Part shown: positions 47,123 through 57,061 of the stretch, in pieces | How positions within the stretch are numbered: the stretch's first letter is position 1 | How the letters are laid out: each line of letters begins with the position of its first letter | Assembly (NCBI GenBank): GCA_017354415.1 | Contig: JAFMQY010000001.1 | Coordinates: 28 to 64,027, forward strand | DNA: 64,000 bases | Direction: 5' to 3' | Origin: Nocardioides sp. | GTDB lineage: Bacteria; Actinomycetota; Actinomycetes; Propionibacteriales; Nocardioidaceae | The notes under the pieces: model-generated | What the model saw: only the letters and a program-made list of their open reading frames with translations | The model's database searches: none | What the model was told of the DNA's origin: nothing | Program-made: the position numbers and the translations under genes

Positions 47123-47749
47123 GCCGCCGAATGCGCGGGAGAGCATGGCGACGACGCCTCCCCGGTACGATCGCACCTCGAGACAGCGCAGCGAACCCGA
47201 ACCCGAGGCCATCAGCGCGGCGACCTGAGCCGATGATCCGAGCTGGATCAATGCGAGTCCGGCTTCGTGCACGTGTCGCTCGATGGCACGCAGAGCGTCG
47301 TGCGCGATCGACAAGCCGTCTCTTCCGCCGTCGATCGCCAGGAGTGGGTCTTCGGGATATCGGTGGGTCTCGGCCGTGGCCACCCACGGTGGGTCAGCGA
47401 TGATCAGTGGAAACCGTTCGTCGTCCATGAGGACGTCCTCGACGCGGCCCAGCCGTGCCTCCACCCGCGCGTCGAGCCCCGCGAGGCAGGCGTTGATCGC
47501 GGTGTAGTGAACAGCAATCGGGTCGACGTCGATGCACACCAGCCTGCGCTGGGACCGAGTCGCGGCAGCCAGGCCGATCTGGCCGGCGCCGCTGCAGAGC
47601 TCCAGCACCGGCCCTGGGGGAAGGTCGGTCAGGAGACTGGCCGCCCACTGCGCCTGAGCGACGGTCCACGGTCGTGGACGGAGGACTCGAGAGTCGAAGG
47701 CGATGTCCAGTCCGTCGAACGTCACGTGCTCCGGGAGGGCGAGACTCAC
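47120..47749 (-). CDS. HemK-like class I SAM methyltransferase
   Basis: VLRPRPWT, LELCSGAGQIG, ADPPW, AIDGGRDGL. GTGA coupling. Confidence 0.85.
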   Translation of the reverse strand: MSLALPEHVTFDGLDIAFDSRVLRPRPWTVAQAQWAASLLTDLPPGPVLELCSGAGQIGLAAATRSQRRLVCIDVDPIAVHYTAINACLAGLDARVEARLGRVEDVLMDDERFPLIIADPPWVATAETHRYPEDPLLAIDGGRDGLSIAHDALRAIERHVHEAGLALIQLGSSAQVAALMASGSGSLRCLEVRSYRGGVVAMLSRAFGG

Positions 47750-47940
47750 GGCAGGTCCCTTCGAATGGACTTGTGCGTCCCGTCGCACCAAGGTTTCCGG
47801 CCGGACCCTTCGCAGACACAGAGCGCGACGACGGGCCTCTCCACGGCATGTTCGTCGCCGGACTCGTCGACCACGATGTCGGCGCCGCGCACCAGGAGCG
47901 GTCCGTGCGGGCAGGCGAAGACCTGGATCTCTCGGTTCAT
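47746..47940 (-). CDS. CDGSH-type [2Fe-2S] protein
   Basis: GPLLVRG...ALCVCEGSGRKPWCDGTH. Confidence 0.88.
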   Translation of the reverse strand: MNREIQVFACPHGPLLVRGADIVVDESGDEHAVERPVVALCVCEGSGRKPWCDGTHKSIRRDLP

Positions 47941-48923
47941 GACGCCGCCTCGGATTCGTCGCCCGCGACACCCCACCGTGTCAGGAGATCATCGGCAGAC
48001 AGCCGATCGAGGTGCACGGTGCACAGGGCACCGAACACCACCTCGCTGAGCAGGTCCGGCGTCTGCTCAACGACGGCGCCACACACGTCCCGTGCCGCGA
48101 TCTGTTCGTGGACCGCGTCCGCCTCGACGTGCTCCTCGAAGTACCTCGCCGCCGCACCCAGCCCCAACCTCTCGAGTCCTGCCGCGATCCGCCGCGAGGG
48201 CACGCTGCTCGATGCCTCGAACGCCGCGAAGTGGCCGACGCCGACCGGCACCAGCCGCCGATTCAGGGCGAGCAGGGACATCACGTTGGCCGCCGCGAGG
48301 GTCACCGCCGTGGCCTCGTCGATGTAGGCGCCGTAGCGGGGGTCGAGGCCGGCGCTGACGAGAGTCTCGGCGTACATGTCCTGGTGCAGGTGTGAGGCTC
48401 GCCCTCCGCCGAACTCGTCGTACTGGAGCTCTGCCAGCGCGGCCTTGGCACGTCCCGTGAGGCGGGGGATCAGGAATGCCTGAGGGTCGGACTCCTTGAG
48501 CTGTTGGACGCTGCGCTGGCTGAGGAAGTCACGCATCTGCTCGACGGTCGCGTCTCGGCGGAGGAAGGACGACAACGATGGCCCTTCGTCCTCCTCCACC
48601 AGATCGAGGATCAGGTCGCCGACCGCCTCCTCGCGTGCGAGCAGCTGGTTGAGGCGCCCCCGAGTCGCCGATCTCAGCTCTCGCTCGACCCGACGTTCGA
48701 TGACCCCTCTGAGAGTGATCAGCTCCGGATCCCACTCGCGCCCGGCGTCCACGCCCTCGAAGCCCCGGTAGAAGAGCTCGTACAGGACCCACAGGGCCAT
48801 CTGGACATCGCGGTCGACCAGGACCGGCTCGTTGCCGATCGCCACCGGACGCAGCTCTCGGCCCCCTTGCAGGCTTTCGACCACCCGCCCGCTCACGGGG
48901 CCGCAGGGACCAGGCAACCTCAC
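47937..48923 (-). CDS. Heme-oxygenase-like diiron oxidase (iron-containing redox enzyme family)
   Basis: HQ/QQLKESDP, ELQYDEFGGG...HLH, FEASS, EHVEADAVHE diiron ligand pattern. ATGA coupling to CDGSH. Confidence 0.88.
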   Translation of the reverse strand: MRLPGPCGPVSGRVVESLQGGRELRPVAIGNEPVLVDRDVQMALWVLYELFYRGFEGVDAGREWDPELITLRGVIERRVERELRSATRGRLNQLLAREEAVGDLILDLVEEDEGPSLSSFLRRDATVEQMRDFLSQRSVQQLKESDPQAFLIPRLTGRAKAALAELQYDEFGGGRASHLHQDMYAETLVSAGLDPRYGAYIDEATAVTLAAANVMSLLALNRRLVPVGVGHFAAFEASSSVPSRRIAAGLERLGLGAAARYFEEHVEADAVHEQIAARDVCGAVVEQTPDLLSEVVFGALCTVHLDRLSADDLLTRWGVAGDESEAAS

Positions 48924-49010
48924 GATGTCCCCCTTCTGCCTGGGCAGCCGATTGCATGCGCTCATCTCGTCGACCGGCTTCACGAACCCGTCGAACATGT
49001 GGGAAGTGAT

Positions 49011-49038
49011 GTACCCGATCCGGAGCTTTCGATGAACG
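49011..49038 (-). promoter_or_regulatory. SigF/SigB-like promoter for the HDO operon
   Basis: Minus strand CGTTC-N17-GGGTAC. Confidence 0.45.
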
Positions 49039-49074
49039 ACGGAGACAGGGCGCCTCGCGATGGCTCGAAGGCCA

Positions 49075-49100
49075 GGTTTCACATGCTCGGCGGCGGGAAC
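49075..49100 (+). promoter_or_regulatory. SigF/SigB-like promoter for the decarboxylase
   Basis: GGTTT-N15-GGGAAC, 8 nt before ATG 49109. Confidence 0.6.
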
Positions 49101-49108
49101 GAACGGAC

Positions 49109-50614
49109 ATGGATCACACGCGAGCACCCGTGTTGGAGGCGTTGGTCGAGTTTCGTCGGCGTGGTGACGTCGTCTTCGGCCCCCCGGGCCACCGGCAGGG
49201 GCGCGGCGTCGACCCACGGGTGCTGGAGGTGCTCGGTGCCGGTGTGTTCGCCTCTGACGTCCTGATGCTGAATGGTCTGGACGACCGTCGCGAGTCCGCA
49301 GGGGTCCTGGAGGAGGCCCAGGAGCTGATGGCGGACGCGGTGGGCGCGGACCAGGCCTTCTTCTCCACATGCGGCAGCTCGCTGTCGGTGAAGTCGGCCA
49401 TGCTCGCCGCGGCTGGTCCGGGCGAGACGTTGCTGATCTCCCGCAACGCCCACAAGTCGGTGATCTCCGGGGTCATCGTCAACGGCACGGTTCCCGTGTG
49501 GGTGCATCCGAAGTTCGACCCGGAACGGAACCTCGCTCATCCGCCGGAGCCGGATGACGTACGCCGCGAGCTGTCCGCCCACCCGGACGCGAAGGGCATG
49601 CTCCTGATCACTCCCACGGACTGGGGCACCTGTGCCGACATCGCTGGAGTGGCCGAGGTGTGTCACGAGTTCGACGTCCCCCTGATCGTCGACGAGGCGT
49701 GGGGGGCGCACCTGCCGTTCCACGACGACCTCCCGGCCTGGGGGATGCACGCGGGTGCCGACCTGGTGGTGACCAGCGTGCACAAGATGGGAGGCGCCGT
49801 GGAGCAGAGCTCGGTCTTCCATCTCCAGGGCGACCGGGTCGATCCCGCCGTGCTGAAGCAACGTGAGGATCTGTTGGGCACCACCAGTGCGTCCACCCTG
49901 GTCTACGCGTCACTGGACGGCTGGCGACGCCAGATGGTCGAGCAGGGCGAACAGCTCATGTCCGCGACCATGGTCCTGGCCGATCACGCCCGCAAGCGAC
50001 TCCAGGGGCTTGACGGCGTGCGTCTCATGGGCGCGAAGGTCGTGGACGAGGGCTACGCGTTCGAGGTCGATCCTCTCGTGCTGACCATCGACGTCCGCGC
50101 GCTGGGGATCACCGGCTACCAGGCGGCGGAGCTTGCCCGAGACCGCTATCAGGTCGATTTCGGCTCTGCGGACACGTTCCGCATCAGTGCCTGTCTGACC
50201 CACGCCGATGACCACGCGAGTGTCGACCGGCTTCTCACGGTGCTCGAGCAGTTGTGCGGTGATGCTCCGGAGATCGCCTCATCGGGGCCGGTCGACCTAC
50301 CGCCTTCCGAGGGGCTCGAACCCGAGATCGCGATGCGCCCGAGAGACGCGTTCTTCGCGGACATCGAGCAGGTTCCGGCAGCACAGACGGCCGGGCGGGT
50401 GGTGGCCGAGATGGTCACGCCGTATCCGCCGGGGGTTCCGGTGCTCGCACCCGGGGAGGTCATCACCGAGGAAGCCATCGACTACCTGCGTAGCGGCCTC
50501 GCCGCCGGCATGCTGATCCCGGACGCCGCGGATCCGACCCTCGAGACGCTCCGAGTCGTGCGCAGGGACCCGGTCTCGAAGAATCCACGAGGAGCGACTG
50601 CGGCGGCTCGGTAG
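49109..50614 (+). CDS. Orn/Lys/Arg decarboxylase, PLP fold type I
   Basis: PPGHRQG, SRNAHKSV, VDEAWGAH, TSVHKM, EMVTPYPPGVPVLAPGE. Confidence 0.9.
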   Translation: MDHTRAPVLEALVEFRRRGDVVFGPPGHRQGRGVDPRVLEVLGAGVFASDVLMLNGLDDRRESAGVLEEAQELMADAVGADQAFFSTCGSSLSVKSAMLAAAGPGETLLISRNAHKSVISGVIVNGTVPVWVHPKFDPERNLAHPPEPDDVRRELSAHPDAKGMLLITPTDWGTCADIAGVAEVCHEFDVPLIVDEAWGAHLPFHDDLPAWGMHAGADLVVTSVHKMGGAVEQSSVFHLQGDRVDPAVLKQREDLLGTTSASTLVYASLDGWRRQMVEQGEQLMSATMVLADHARKRLQGLDGVRLMGAKVVDEGYAFEVDPLVLTIDVRALGITGYQAAELARDRYQVDFGSADTFRISACLTHADDHASVDRLLTVLEQLCGDAPEIASSGPVDLPPSEGLEPEIAMRPRDAFFADIEQVPAAQTAGRVVAEMVTPYPPGVPVLAPGEVITEEAIDYLRSGLAAGMLIPDAADPTLETLRVVRRDPVSKNPRGATAAAR

Positions 50615-50733
50615 CCCGATGTGGACCTGCCTGTCGGGGTACGGCGTGACGCATCCCGACGCCATGCAGGTTCCCCTCCCTGCCAGTCATGACATCGGGA
50701 GGTGACCGTGGGGCAGGAGAACCTTTCTCGTGG

Positions 50734-51163
50734 TCAGTTGTTCGCGGAGCCGCTGGAGAGTGCTTCGACCAGCTCGCCGACCTTCTCAGCCGGCAGGTGC
50801 CTGGCCACATCGGCCTGGGAGACCATTCCGACCAGTTCGTGTCCATCGATCACCGCGAGGCGGCGGACGCCGTGGCTGGTCATCGTGTGCAAGGCCTCCT
50901 CCACAGAGTCGTCCGCGCCGATCGTGACCGGCTTGCCCTGGGCGAATGTCTCAACCCGGGTCGTCGCCGGGTCGCCGCCGGCCGCGATGCACCGCACCAT
51001 GATGTCGCGGTCGGTGATCATGCCGGCCAGCCGGTTGTCTTCGCCACAGATGGGCAGGGCCCCCGACGTCGAGGTCGCGCATCTTGCGAGCCGCTTCGGC
51101 GAGGCTTTCGCTCGCGCCGGCACAAGCGCAGTCGGTGGTCATGATCTCGCGAGCAATAGTCAT
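50734..51163 (-). pseudogene. Two-CBS-domain protein (Hrp1-like) with +1 frameshift
   Basis: MTIAREIMT...RKMRDLDVG then ALPICGEDNRLAGMITDRDI in the next frame. The break is at a 5-nt G run (C run 51060-51064 on +). Confidence 0.8.
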
Positions 51164-51325
51164 CACTGGCTTCTTCCGGACGTAGGGGATTGATCCGCTG
51201 CCCGTACTCGGCAACCGAGCGTTCATTCGACGCTCGAGTTACCCGGGGCACATGTAGCAGCCCGTCGTGGGGTACGGCTCGGCGTGGACCATCGCGCACG
51301 GCGAGACCCCGGCCAACCGAACCTG

Positions 51326-51739
51326 ATGGTCGCCGACAGCTTGGCCGGCGTTCTGGCGATCCTGCGGGTGCACCGCATGGTGTACCTGCGGTACTCCGAG
51401 GGTCCTGACGCGGATCTGAGTCGAGGTTCCAGCCGCGACTACGAGGCGGATGTCGAACTTCCCGGCCTCTCGGTCACCGTCGTCTCACCCGAGCCGTGGT
51501 GGTCGCGCCCTGTGGAGGACTGGGTCGCGCGACGCCTGTGCAAGTACGCAGAGCTCGGGGCAGCCGAAGGCAGGTTTCCCTGGCTGCTGACGGGCCGGGT
51601 CGTCGGCAACGGGCCGGACCACGAACCTCTCGTCCAGGGGGTTCTCCCGATCGCCCGCATCTCCGAACGAGCAGTGCGGGAGGCCCTGGACCTCTATCGG
51701 TCACGCTTCGACGTTGGTGAGACCTCCCGGGACCGATGA
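51326..51739 (+). CDS. DUF6098-like family protein
   Basis: YLRYSEGP...SRDYE...ELPGLSV...EPWW...WVARRLCKY...GPDHEPLV. Confidence 0.7.
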   Translation: MVADSLAGVLAILRVHRMVYLRYSEGPDADLSRGSSRDYEADVELPGLSVTVVSPEPWWSRPVEDWVARRLCKYAELGAAEGRFPWLLTGRVVGNGPDHEPLVQGVLPIARISERAVREALDLYRSRFDVGETSRDR

Positions 51740-51796
51740 CCCGACGTCTCGCCCTCGCGCCGTCTCGCCTCCCATGTCAAGCCCACGCGTCGACAC

Positions 51797-51846
51797 GAAA
51801 CGGCCCCTGACGCTGAGAAGACTTCTCGCGGGTCAGGGGCCGTTTC
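51797..51846. terminator. Long hairpin between convergent genes (glnA terminator)
   Basis: GAAACGGCCCCTGAC / GTCAGGGGCCGTTTC 15-bp stem with an inner GAGAAG/CTTCTC stem. Confidence 0.75.
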
Positions 51847-51882
51847 CGGGGGGCGTCGGTGTAGGTCAGGAAACCGACGACA

Positions 51883-53301
51883 TCAGATGTCGTAGTAGAG
51901 CTCGAACTCGTGGGGGTGGGGGCGGAGGGCGACCGGCTCGATCTCATTGCTGCGCTTGTAGTCGATCCAGGTCTCGATCAGGTCGGAGGTGAACACACCG
52001 CCCTCGAGGAGGAACTCGTGGTCGTCCTCGAGGGAATCCATTACGGCACCGAGGGTGGCGGGCACGGTCGGGATGCCCGCGTGCTCGTCCGGGGGGAGCT
52101 CGTAGAGGTCCTTGTCGACCGGCTCGTGCGGCTCGATCTTGTTCTTGATGCCGTCGAGGCCGGCCAGGAGCATCGCGGAGAAGGCGAGGTAGGGGTTGGC
52201 CGACGGGTCGGGGCAACGGAACTCGAGGCGCTTGGCCTTCGGATTCGAGCCGGTGATCGGGATCCGGACGCAGGCGGAGCGGTTGCGCTGGCTGTAGACC
52301 AGGTTCACCGGGGCCTCGAAGCCCGGCACCAGCCGGTGGTAGGAGTTCACGGTCGGGTTGGTGAACGCCAGCAGCGACGGGGCGTGCTCGAGGATGCCGC
52401 CGATGTAGTAGCGAGCGGTGTCGGAGAGGCCGGCATACCCCGTCTCGTCGTAGAACAGCGGCTCGTCGCCGTCCCAGAGCGACTGGTGGCAGTGCATGCC
52501 GGAGCCGTTGTCTCCGAAGATCGGCTTCGGCATGAACGTCGCGGTCTTGTTGTTGCGCCAGGCCACGTTCTTGACGATGTACTTGAACTTCATCACGTCG
52601 TCGGCGGCCTTGAGCAGCTCCGCGAAGTTGTAGTTGATCTCCGCCTGGCCCGCGGTCCCGACCTCGTGGTGGGCGCGCTCGACGGTCAGTCCCGAGCGCT
52701 CGAGCTCGGTCACCATCTCGTCGCGCAGCTCGCCGAAGTGGTCGTACGGCGCGACCGGGAAGTACCCGCCCTTGTAGCGCACCTTGTACCCGCGGTTGTT
52801 CTCCTCGGAGCCGGAGTTCCAGGCGCCAGCTTCGGAGTCGATGTGGTAGTAGCCGGCGTTCACCTTGGTCTCGAAGCGGACCGAGTCGAAGACGTAGAAC
52901 TCCGCCTCGGGCGCGAAGTACGCCGTGGTGCCGATCCCGGTCGAGGTGAGGTAGGTCTGCGCCTTGCGCGCGATGTTGCGCGGGTCGCGGGAGTACGCCT
53001 CGCCGGTCAGCGGGTCGTGGATGAAGAAGTTCACGACCAGGGTCTTCGCGGTCCGGAAGGGGTCGACGTACGCCGTGGTCGGGTCCGGGAACAGCGACAT
53101 GTCGGACTCGTGGATCGCCTGGAAGCCACGGATCGAGGAACCGTCGAAGTTCACGCCGTTGTCGAAGACCGACTGGCCGAACGACGAGACCGGCACCGTG
53201 AAGTGCTGCATGATGCCGGGCAGGTCGCAGAACCGGACGTCGACCATTTCGACGTTCTCGTCCTTGATGAACTTCAGAAGCTCGTCGCTGTTGGCGAACA
53301 T
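51883..53301 (-). CDS. glnA: Glutamine synthetase type I (GSI-beta)
   Basis: [54 protein letters not shown] adenylylation loop. Confidence 0.98.
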   Translation of the reverse strand: MFANSDELLKFIKDENVEMVDVRFCDLPGIMQHFTVPVSSFGQSVFDNGVNFDGSSIRGFQAIHESDMSLFPDPTTAYVDPFRTAKTLVVNFFIHDPLTGEAYSRDPRNIARKAQTYLTSTGIGTTAYFAPEAEFYVFDSVRFETKVNAGYYHIDSEAGAWNSGSEENNRGYKVRYKGGYFPVAPYDHFGELRDEMVTELERSGLTVERAHHEVGTAGQAEINYNFAELLKAADDVMKFKYIVKNVAWRNNKTATFMPKPIFGDNGSGMHCHQSLWDGDEPLFYDETGYAGLSDTARYYIGGILEHAPSLLAFTNPTVNSYHRLVPGFEAPVNLVYSQRNRSACVRIPITGSNPKAKRLEFRCPDPSANPYLAFSAMLLAGLDGIKNKIEPHEPVDKDLYELPPDEHAGIPTVPATLGAVMDSLEDDHEFLLEGGVFTSDLIETWIDYKRSNEIEPVALRPHPHEFELYYDI

Positions 53302-53409
53302 TCGTCCTCCTCGGCCGGTGGTCGCGGCCCGGTGAGTCCGGCGGAGCCGGTGTATACAGGTGTGTGGTCGGCCGCGGTGCGGTCGACGACGTCACCGTAG
53401 GAGCGGCCA

Positions 53410-53447
53410 GTTTCTCGACCGTATCCGCTTTGTTTCGCCGATGTAAC
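53410..53447 (-). promoter_or_regulatory. Tandem GlnR boxes upstream of glnA
   Basis: Minus strand GTTAC-N6-GAAAC-N6-GATAC-N6-GAAAC, matching gTnAc-n6-GaAAc twice. Confidence 0.85.
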
Positions 53448-53509
53448 GCTGCAGGTGCGCGCTCAGGAGGCCCCGAGCCGGGCTCCCGGACCGTGACTAG
53501 CCTGTCCGA

Positions 53510-53935
53510 GTGTCAGAGTCCCGAACAGATCCCCGCGCCCTCCCGTTCGAGACGGCGAGCTGGCTGCGCCGGATCCTCGCCCTCGTCGTCGACTGGACGG
53601 CGTCGACCCTCGTCGTCGTCGCGATCCTCGGGCCGACCGGCTGGAGTGACAGCCGCTGGTCGGGGTTCGACACGCTTGCCATCTTCGTCTTCCAGTCGAC
53701 CCTGCTGATGGCCCTGGTCGGGGGGTCGTTCGGGCAGCTCGCGACGCGGTTGCGCGTGGTCCGCACCGACGGGTCGGGACGACCGCTGAGCGTTCCCGGT
53801 GCTCTGTTGCGTCAGGTGCTCGTCGTGCTCGTGATCCCGCCGCTGATCTTCCGTCCCGACGGACGTGGGCTCCACGACATGGCCGTGGGGTCCGCCACGG
53901 TGACGCTCGAGACAGCGTTGCGAGGGGTCTCCTGA
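53510..53935 (+). CDS. RDD family membrane protein
   Basis: RRILALVVDW, SFGQLATRLRV, DGRGLHD. Conserved position divergent from glnA. Confidence 0.9.
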   Translation: MSESRTDPRALPFETASWLRRILALVVDWTASTLVVVAILGPTGWSDSRWSGFDTLAIFVFQSTLLMALVGGSFGQLATRLRVVRTDGSGRPLSVPGALLRQVLVVLVIPPLIFRPDGRGLHDMAVGSATVTLETALRGVS

Positions 53936-54086
53936 GCCACCGCCTCCGTCACTCGATCGTGACCTGTCGGCCGTGGGTCCTGGGGGTGCCGCGGCTACTC
54001 TGGCGAAGTCGTCCGGTACGCCGGGCAGCCGGGCGCCGTTCATGGGGAGCGGGGCCAGACACACGTGGAGCCCTCAGGAGGACCCC

Positions 54087-54890
54087 ATGCGCAGCCTGAC
54101 CCTTCGCAAGGCGGCGATCGCCGCGGCACTGCCGCTGGCGCTCGGATCGTTGGTCGCGTGCGGCGGCAACAACAGCTCGTCGACGGCCGACGACCCGGCG
54201 GCGACGTCCGGTGCCGCGACGCCGAAAGGCAGCGTCGGCCCGACCAAGTTCCTGGACACCATGAAGGCCGCAGCCAAGCAGATCACCACTGCCCGGTTCA
54301 CCTTGTCGATGGACCTGTCCGGCCAGAGCGTCGACGCCAACGGCGCCCTCGACATGACCGGTGACAAGCCGGCGATGGAGATCTCGATGGACACGGCCGG
54401 CACGGGCCACACCGAGATGCGGCTGGTCGACGGGAACATGTACATCCAGGACCCGATGGTCGGCAGCAGCACGTTCGTCAAGATGGACCTGAGCGACCCG
54501 AACAGCCCGCTGGCCGGCGCGGGCGGCGCCCTGACCAACTTCGACCCGCAGTCGATGATCGACCAGATGCCCGCGAAGGCGTTCCGCAAGGTGACCGACC
54601 TCGGCCGGCAGACCGTCGACGGCCAGACGCTGGAGCACTACCGCGTGGACCTGGACACGTCGGCGGCCGGGAAGCTCCTCGGCGACCTACCGAGCTCGGC
54701 CTCGCTGCCCTCGAACATCGGCTACGACGTGTGGCTCGACGACCAGAACCGGATGGTCAAGTTCGAGATGACCATGAAGAAGGTCGCGCAGGTGACCGCG
54801 ACGTACAGCGACTACGGCGCTGACGTGAACATCACCGCGCCGGACCCCTCCGACGTGAAGGCGTTGCCGAGCAACGCGCCGATGGGCTGA
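54087..54890 (+). CDS. LppX/LprAFG-like lipoprotein
   Basis: Lipobox LVAC, Ser/Thr linker, beta-rich body ending YSDYGADVNITAP. Confidence 0.75.
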   Translation: MRSLTLRKAAIAAALPLALGSLVACGGNNSSSTADDPAATSGAATPKGSVGPTKFLDTMKAAAKQITTARFTLSMDLSGQSVDANGALDMTGDKPAMEISMDTAGTGHTEMRLVDGNMYIQDPMVGSSTFVKMDLSDPNSPLAGAGGALTNFDPQSMIDQMPAKAFRKVTDLGRQTVDGQTLEHYRVDLDTSAAGKLLGDLPSSASLPSNIGYDVWLDDQNRMVKFEMTMKKVAQVTATYSDYGADVNITAPDPSDVKALPSNAPMG

Positions 54891-54912
54891 GCCCGGACTC
54901 CTCCGGTCTCAG
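54887..54912. terminator. Hairpin between convergent genes
   Basis: CTGAG-C-CCGGA-ctcc-TCCGG-T-CTCAG spanning both stop codons. Confidence 0.4.
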
Positions 54913-55634
54913 CGACCTCGGATGTTCCCCCGGAGACCTTTCATCGAGGTGGGGACCGGGCCCTTGGGCATCGGGACGGCCGGGCGCGAGGCGTCGATGG
55001 CCTTGAGCCTGGCCAGGATGTCGGTGATCTCGGCCGGCTGCACCTGGCGCTTCATCTTCTGGACGTGACGGGAGAGCTTGGCCAGCGGGACCTGGCCCTC
55101 GCCGTTGCCGACGACGATCTCGTGCACCGGCGTGTCGATCGCGACCCGCTCGTGGCGCCTGCGCTCGGCGGTCATCAGGCCCTTGAGCCGGCCCGGGTTG
55201 CCCTCTCCGACCAGGACGATGCCGGGCGGGCCGACCACCCGGTGCACGATGTCCTGCTGCTTGGTGAAGGCAACTGCGTTGTCGACGTGCCAGCCGCGCT
55301 TGAGCAGGTTCAGCGCACCGGCGGCGGCGCCGGACTGGCCCTCCATCTGTCCGTAGACGGCCTTCTGTGCGCGCCGCGAGAACACGATGAGGCCGAGGAG
55401 GATGCCCAGCATCAGGGCACCGATCACGGACAGGATCAGGCCGAGCGTGCTGCTGCGTCCGACGATCAGCCAGAACACCGCGAACCCGACCACGAACCCG
55501 AGCAGCGCGGCGCCGGCGATCCAGCGGGTGATGGCCGGGTCGGTGCGCTTGGCCATCGTGTAGGTCTGCGCGAACTGCTGGCGGCGGCTCAGGCTCTCCG
55601 GCTCGGCCGGCTTCGGCGTGGGGGTCTTGGCCAT
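54909..55634 (-). CDS. DUF4191 family membrane protein
   Basis: QMEGQSGAA, HRVVGPPGIVLVGEG, VPMPKGPVP. Conserved lipA neighbour. Confidence 0.9.
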   Translation of the reverse strand: MAKTPTPKPAEPESLSRRQQFAQTYTMAKRTDPAITRWIAGAALLGFVVGFAVFWLIVGRSSTLGLILSVIGALMLGILLGLIVFSRRAQKAVYGQMEGQSGAAAGALNLLKRGWHVDNAVAFTKQQDIVHRVVGPPGIVLVGEGNPGRLKGLMTAERRRHERVAIDTPVHEIVVGNGEGQVPLAKLSRHVQKMKRQVQPAEITDILARLKAIDASRPAVPMPKGPVPTSMKGLRGNIRGR

Positions 55635-55674
55635 GCGGGGGCTACTCCGTGCTGTCGGGTGACGGTGTGAGAGG

Positions 55675-56622
55675 TCAGGACGGCGTACGTGCCGACACAG
55701 CCTGACGGTACAACCGTCCGGCCCGGTACGACGAACGGACGAGCGGCCCCGACATCACCCCTGCGAAGCCGATCTCCTCGGCCTCGGCGGCGAGCTCGAC
55801 GAACTCCTCCGGCTTGACCCACCTCTCCACCGGGTGGTGCCGCACCGACGGGCGGAGGTACTGGGTGATCGTCACCAGCTCGCACCCGGCGTCGTACAGG
55901 TCGCGGAGCGCCTGGCTGACCTCCTCGTGGGTCTCGCCCATGCCGAGGATCAGGTTGGACTTGGTGACCAGGCCGAAGTCGCGGGCCGCCGTGAGCACGT
56001 CGAGCGAGCGGTCGTAGCGGAATGCCGGGCGGATGCGCTTGAAGATCCGCGGGACCGTCTCGACGTTGTGAGCGAGCACTTCGGGTCGGCTCTCGAAGAC
56101 CTCGGCGAGCAGGTCGGGCTTGCCGTTGAAGTCGGGGATCAGGTTCTCCACGCCGGTGTCGGGGTTGAGCGCGTGGATCGCGCGCACCGTCTCGGCGTAC
56201 AGCCAGGCGCCTCCGTCGGGCAGGTCGTCGCGCGCGACCCCGGTGATGGTGGCGTACTTCAGTCCCATCTTCTGCACGCTCTCGGCAACCCGCCGCGGCT
56301 CGTCGCGGTCGAGGGGTGCCGGCTTGCCGGTGTCGATCTGGCAGAAGTCGCAGCGCCGGGTGCACTGGTCGCCGCCGATCAGGAACGTCGCCTCACGGTC
56401 CTCCCAGCACTCGAAGATGTTGGGACAGCCGGCCTCTTGGCAGACGGTGTGCAGGCCCTCGGCCTTCACCAGCCCGTGGAGCTCCTGGTACGCCGGACCC
56501 ATCTTCGCCCGTGTCTTGATCCACTCGGGCTTGCGCTCGATAGGGGTCTCCGCGTTGCGGACCTCGAGCCGAAGCAGCTTGCGGCCGTCGGCGGAGACGT
56601 TGCGGGAGCGGGCCTGGGTCAC
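55675..56622 (-). CDS. lipA: Lipoyl synthase
   Basis: [24 protein letters not shown]. Confidence 0.97.
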   Translation of the reverse strand: MTQARSRNVSADGRKLLRLEVRNAETPIERKPEWIKTRAKMGPAYQELHGLVKAEGLHTVCQEAGCPNIFECWEDREATFLIGGDQCTRRCDFCQIDTGKPAPLDRDEPRRVAESVQKMGLKYATITGVARDDLPDGGAWLYAETVRAIHALNPDTGVENLIPDFNGKPDLLAEVFESRPEVLAHNVETVPRIFKRIRPAFRYDRSLDVLTAARDFGLVTKSNLILGMGETHEEVSQALRDLYDAGCELVTITQYLRPSVRHHPVERWVKPEEFVELAAEAEEIGFAGVMSGPLVRSSYRAGRLYRQAVSARTPS

Positions 56623-56698
56623 CCGCCCATGTTACGCGGCGGCCCTCACCGACCCCGCCTGCGCCCGTCCCCTCGGAAGGGGGTTGCCATCGGCATTG

Positions 56699-56721
56699 GT
56701 AAGTCATAACTTACGGTAAGT
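56699..56721. promoter_or_regulatory. Inverted/direct repeat operator at the ArsR start
   Basis: GTAAGT-CATA-ACTTAC-G-GTAAGT, AT-rich, immediately before ATG 56723. Confidence 0.65.
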
Positions 56722-56722
56722 G

Positions 56723-57061
56723 ATGACTGACCAAGAGGCTCTCGCCCAGGCGTTCACCGCCCTGGCGGACCCGACGCGCCGCGAGATCTTCGAGCGCGTG
56801 GCCGCCCGTCCGCGGGCAGTGGGCGAGCTGGCCGACGGGCTGCCGGTCAGCCGGCCGGCGGTCTCGCAGCACCTCAAGGTGCTCCGCGACGCCGGCCTGG
56901 TCTCGGCGCGGGCCGACGGCACTCGCCGCATCTACGAGCTGGACCCCCAGGGTCTGGCCGGACTGCGCGACTACCTCGACGGCTTCTGGAACCGCTCGCT
57001 GCGGGCCTTCGCCCGAGCCGCCGAGCAGCACTCCCACACCCGACAGGAGAACGACCGATGA
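56723..57061 (+). CDS. ArsR/SmtB family transcriptional regulator
   Basis: FTALADPTRREI, VSRPAVSQHLKVLRDAGLV, GTRRIY. No Cys metal site. Confidence 0.92.
   Translation: MTDQEALAQAFTALADPTRREIFERVAARPRAVGELADGLPVSRPAVSQHLKVLRDAGLVSARADGTRRIYELDPQGLAGLRDYLDGFWNRSLRAFARAAEQHSHTRQENDR

Noticed and set aside
47120-47749. Calling the methyltransferase prmC/hemK
   Set aside because: It lacks the N-terminal helical domain and prfA context, and has DPPW rather than NPPY.
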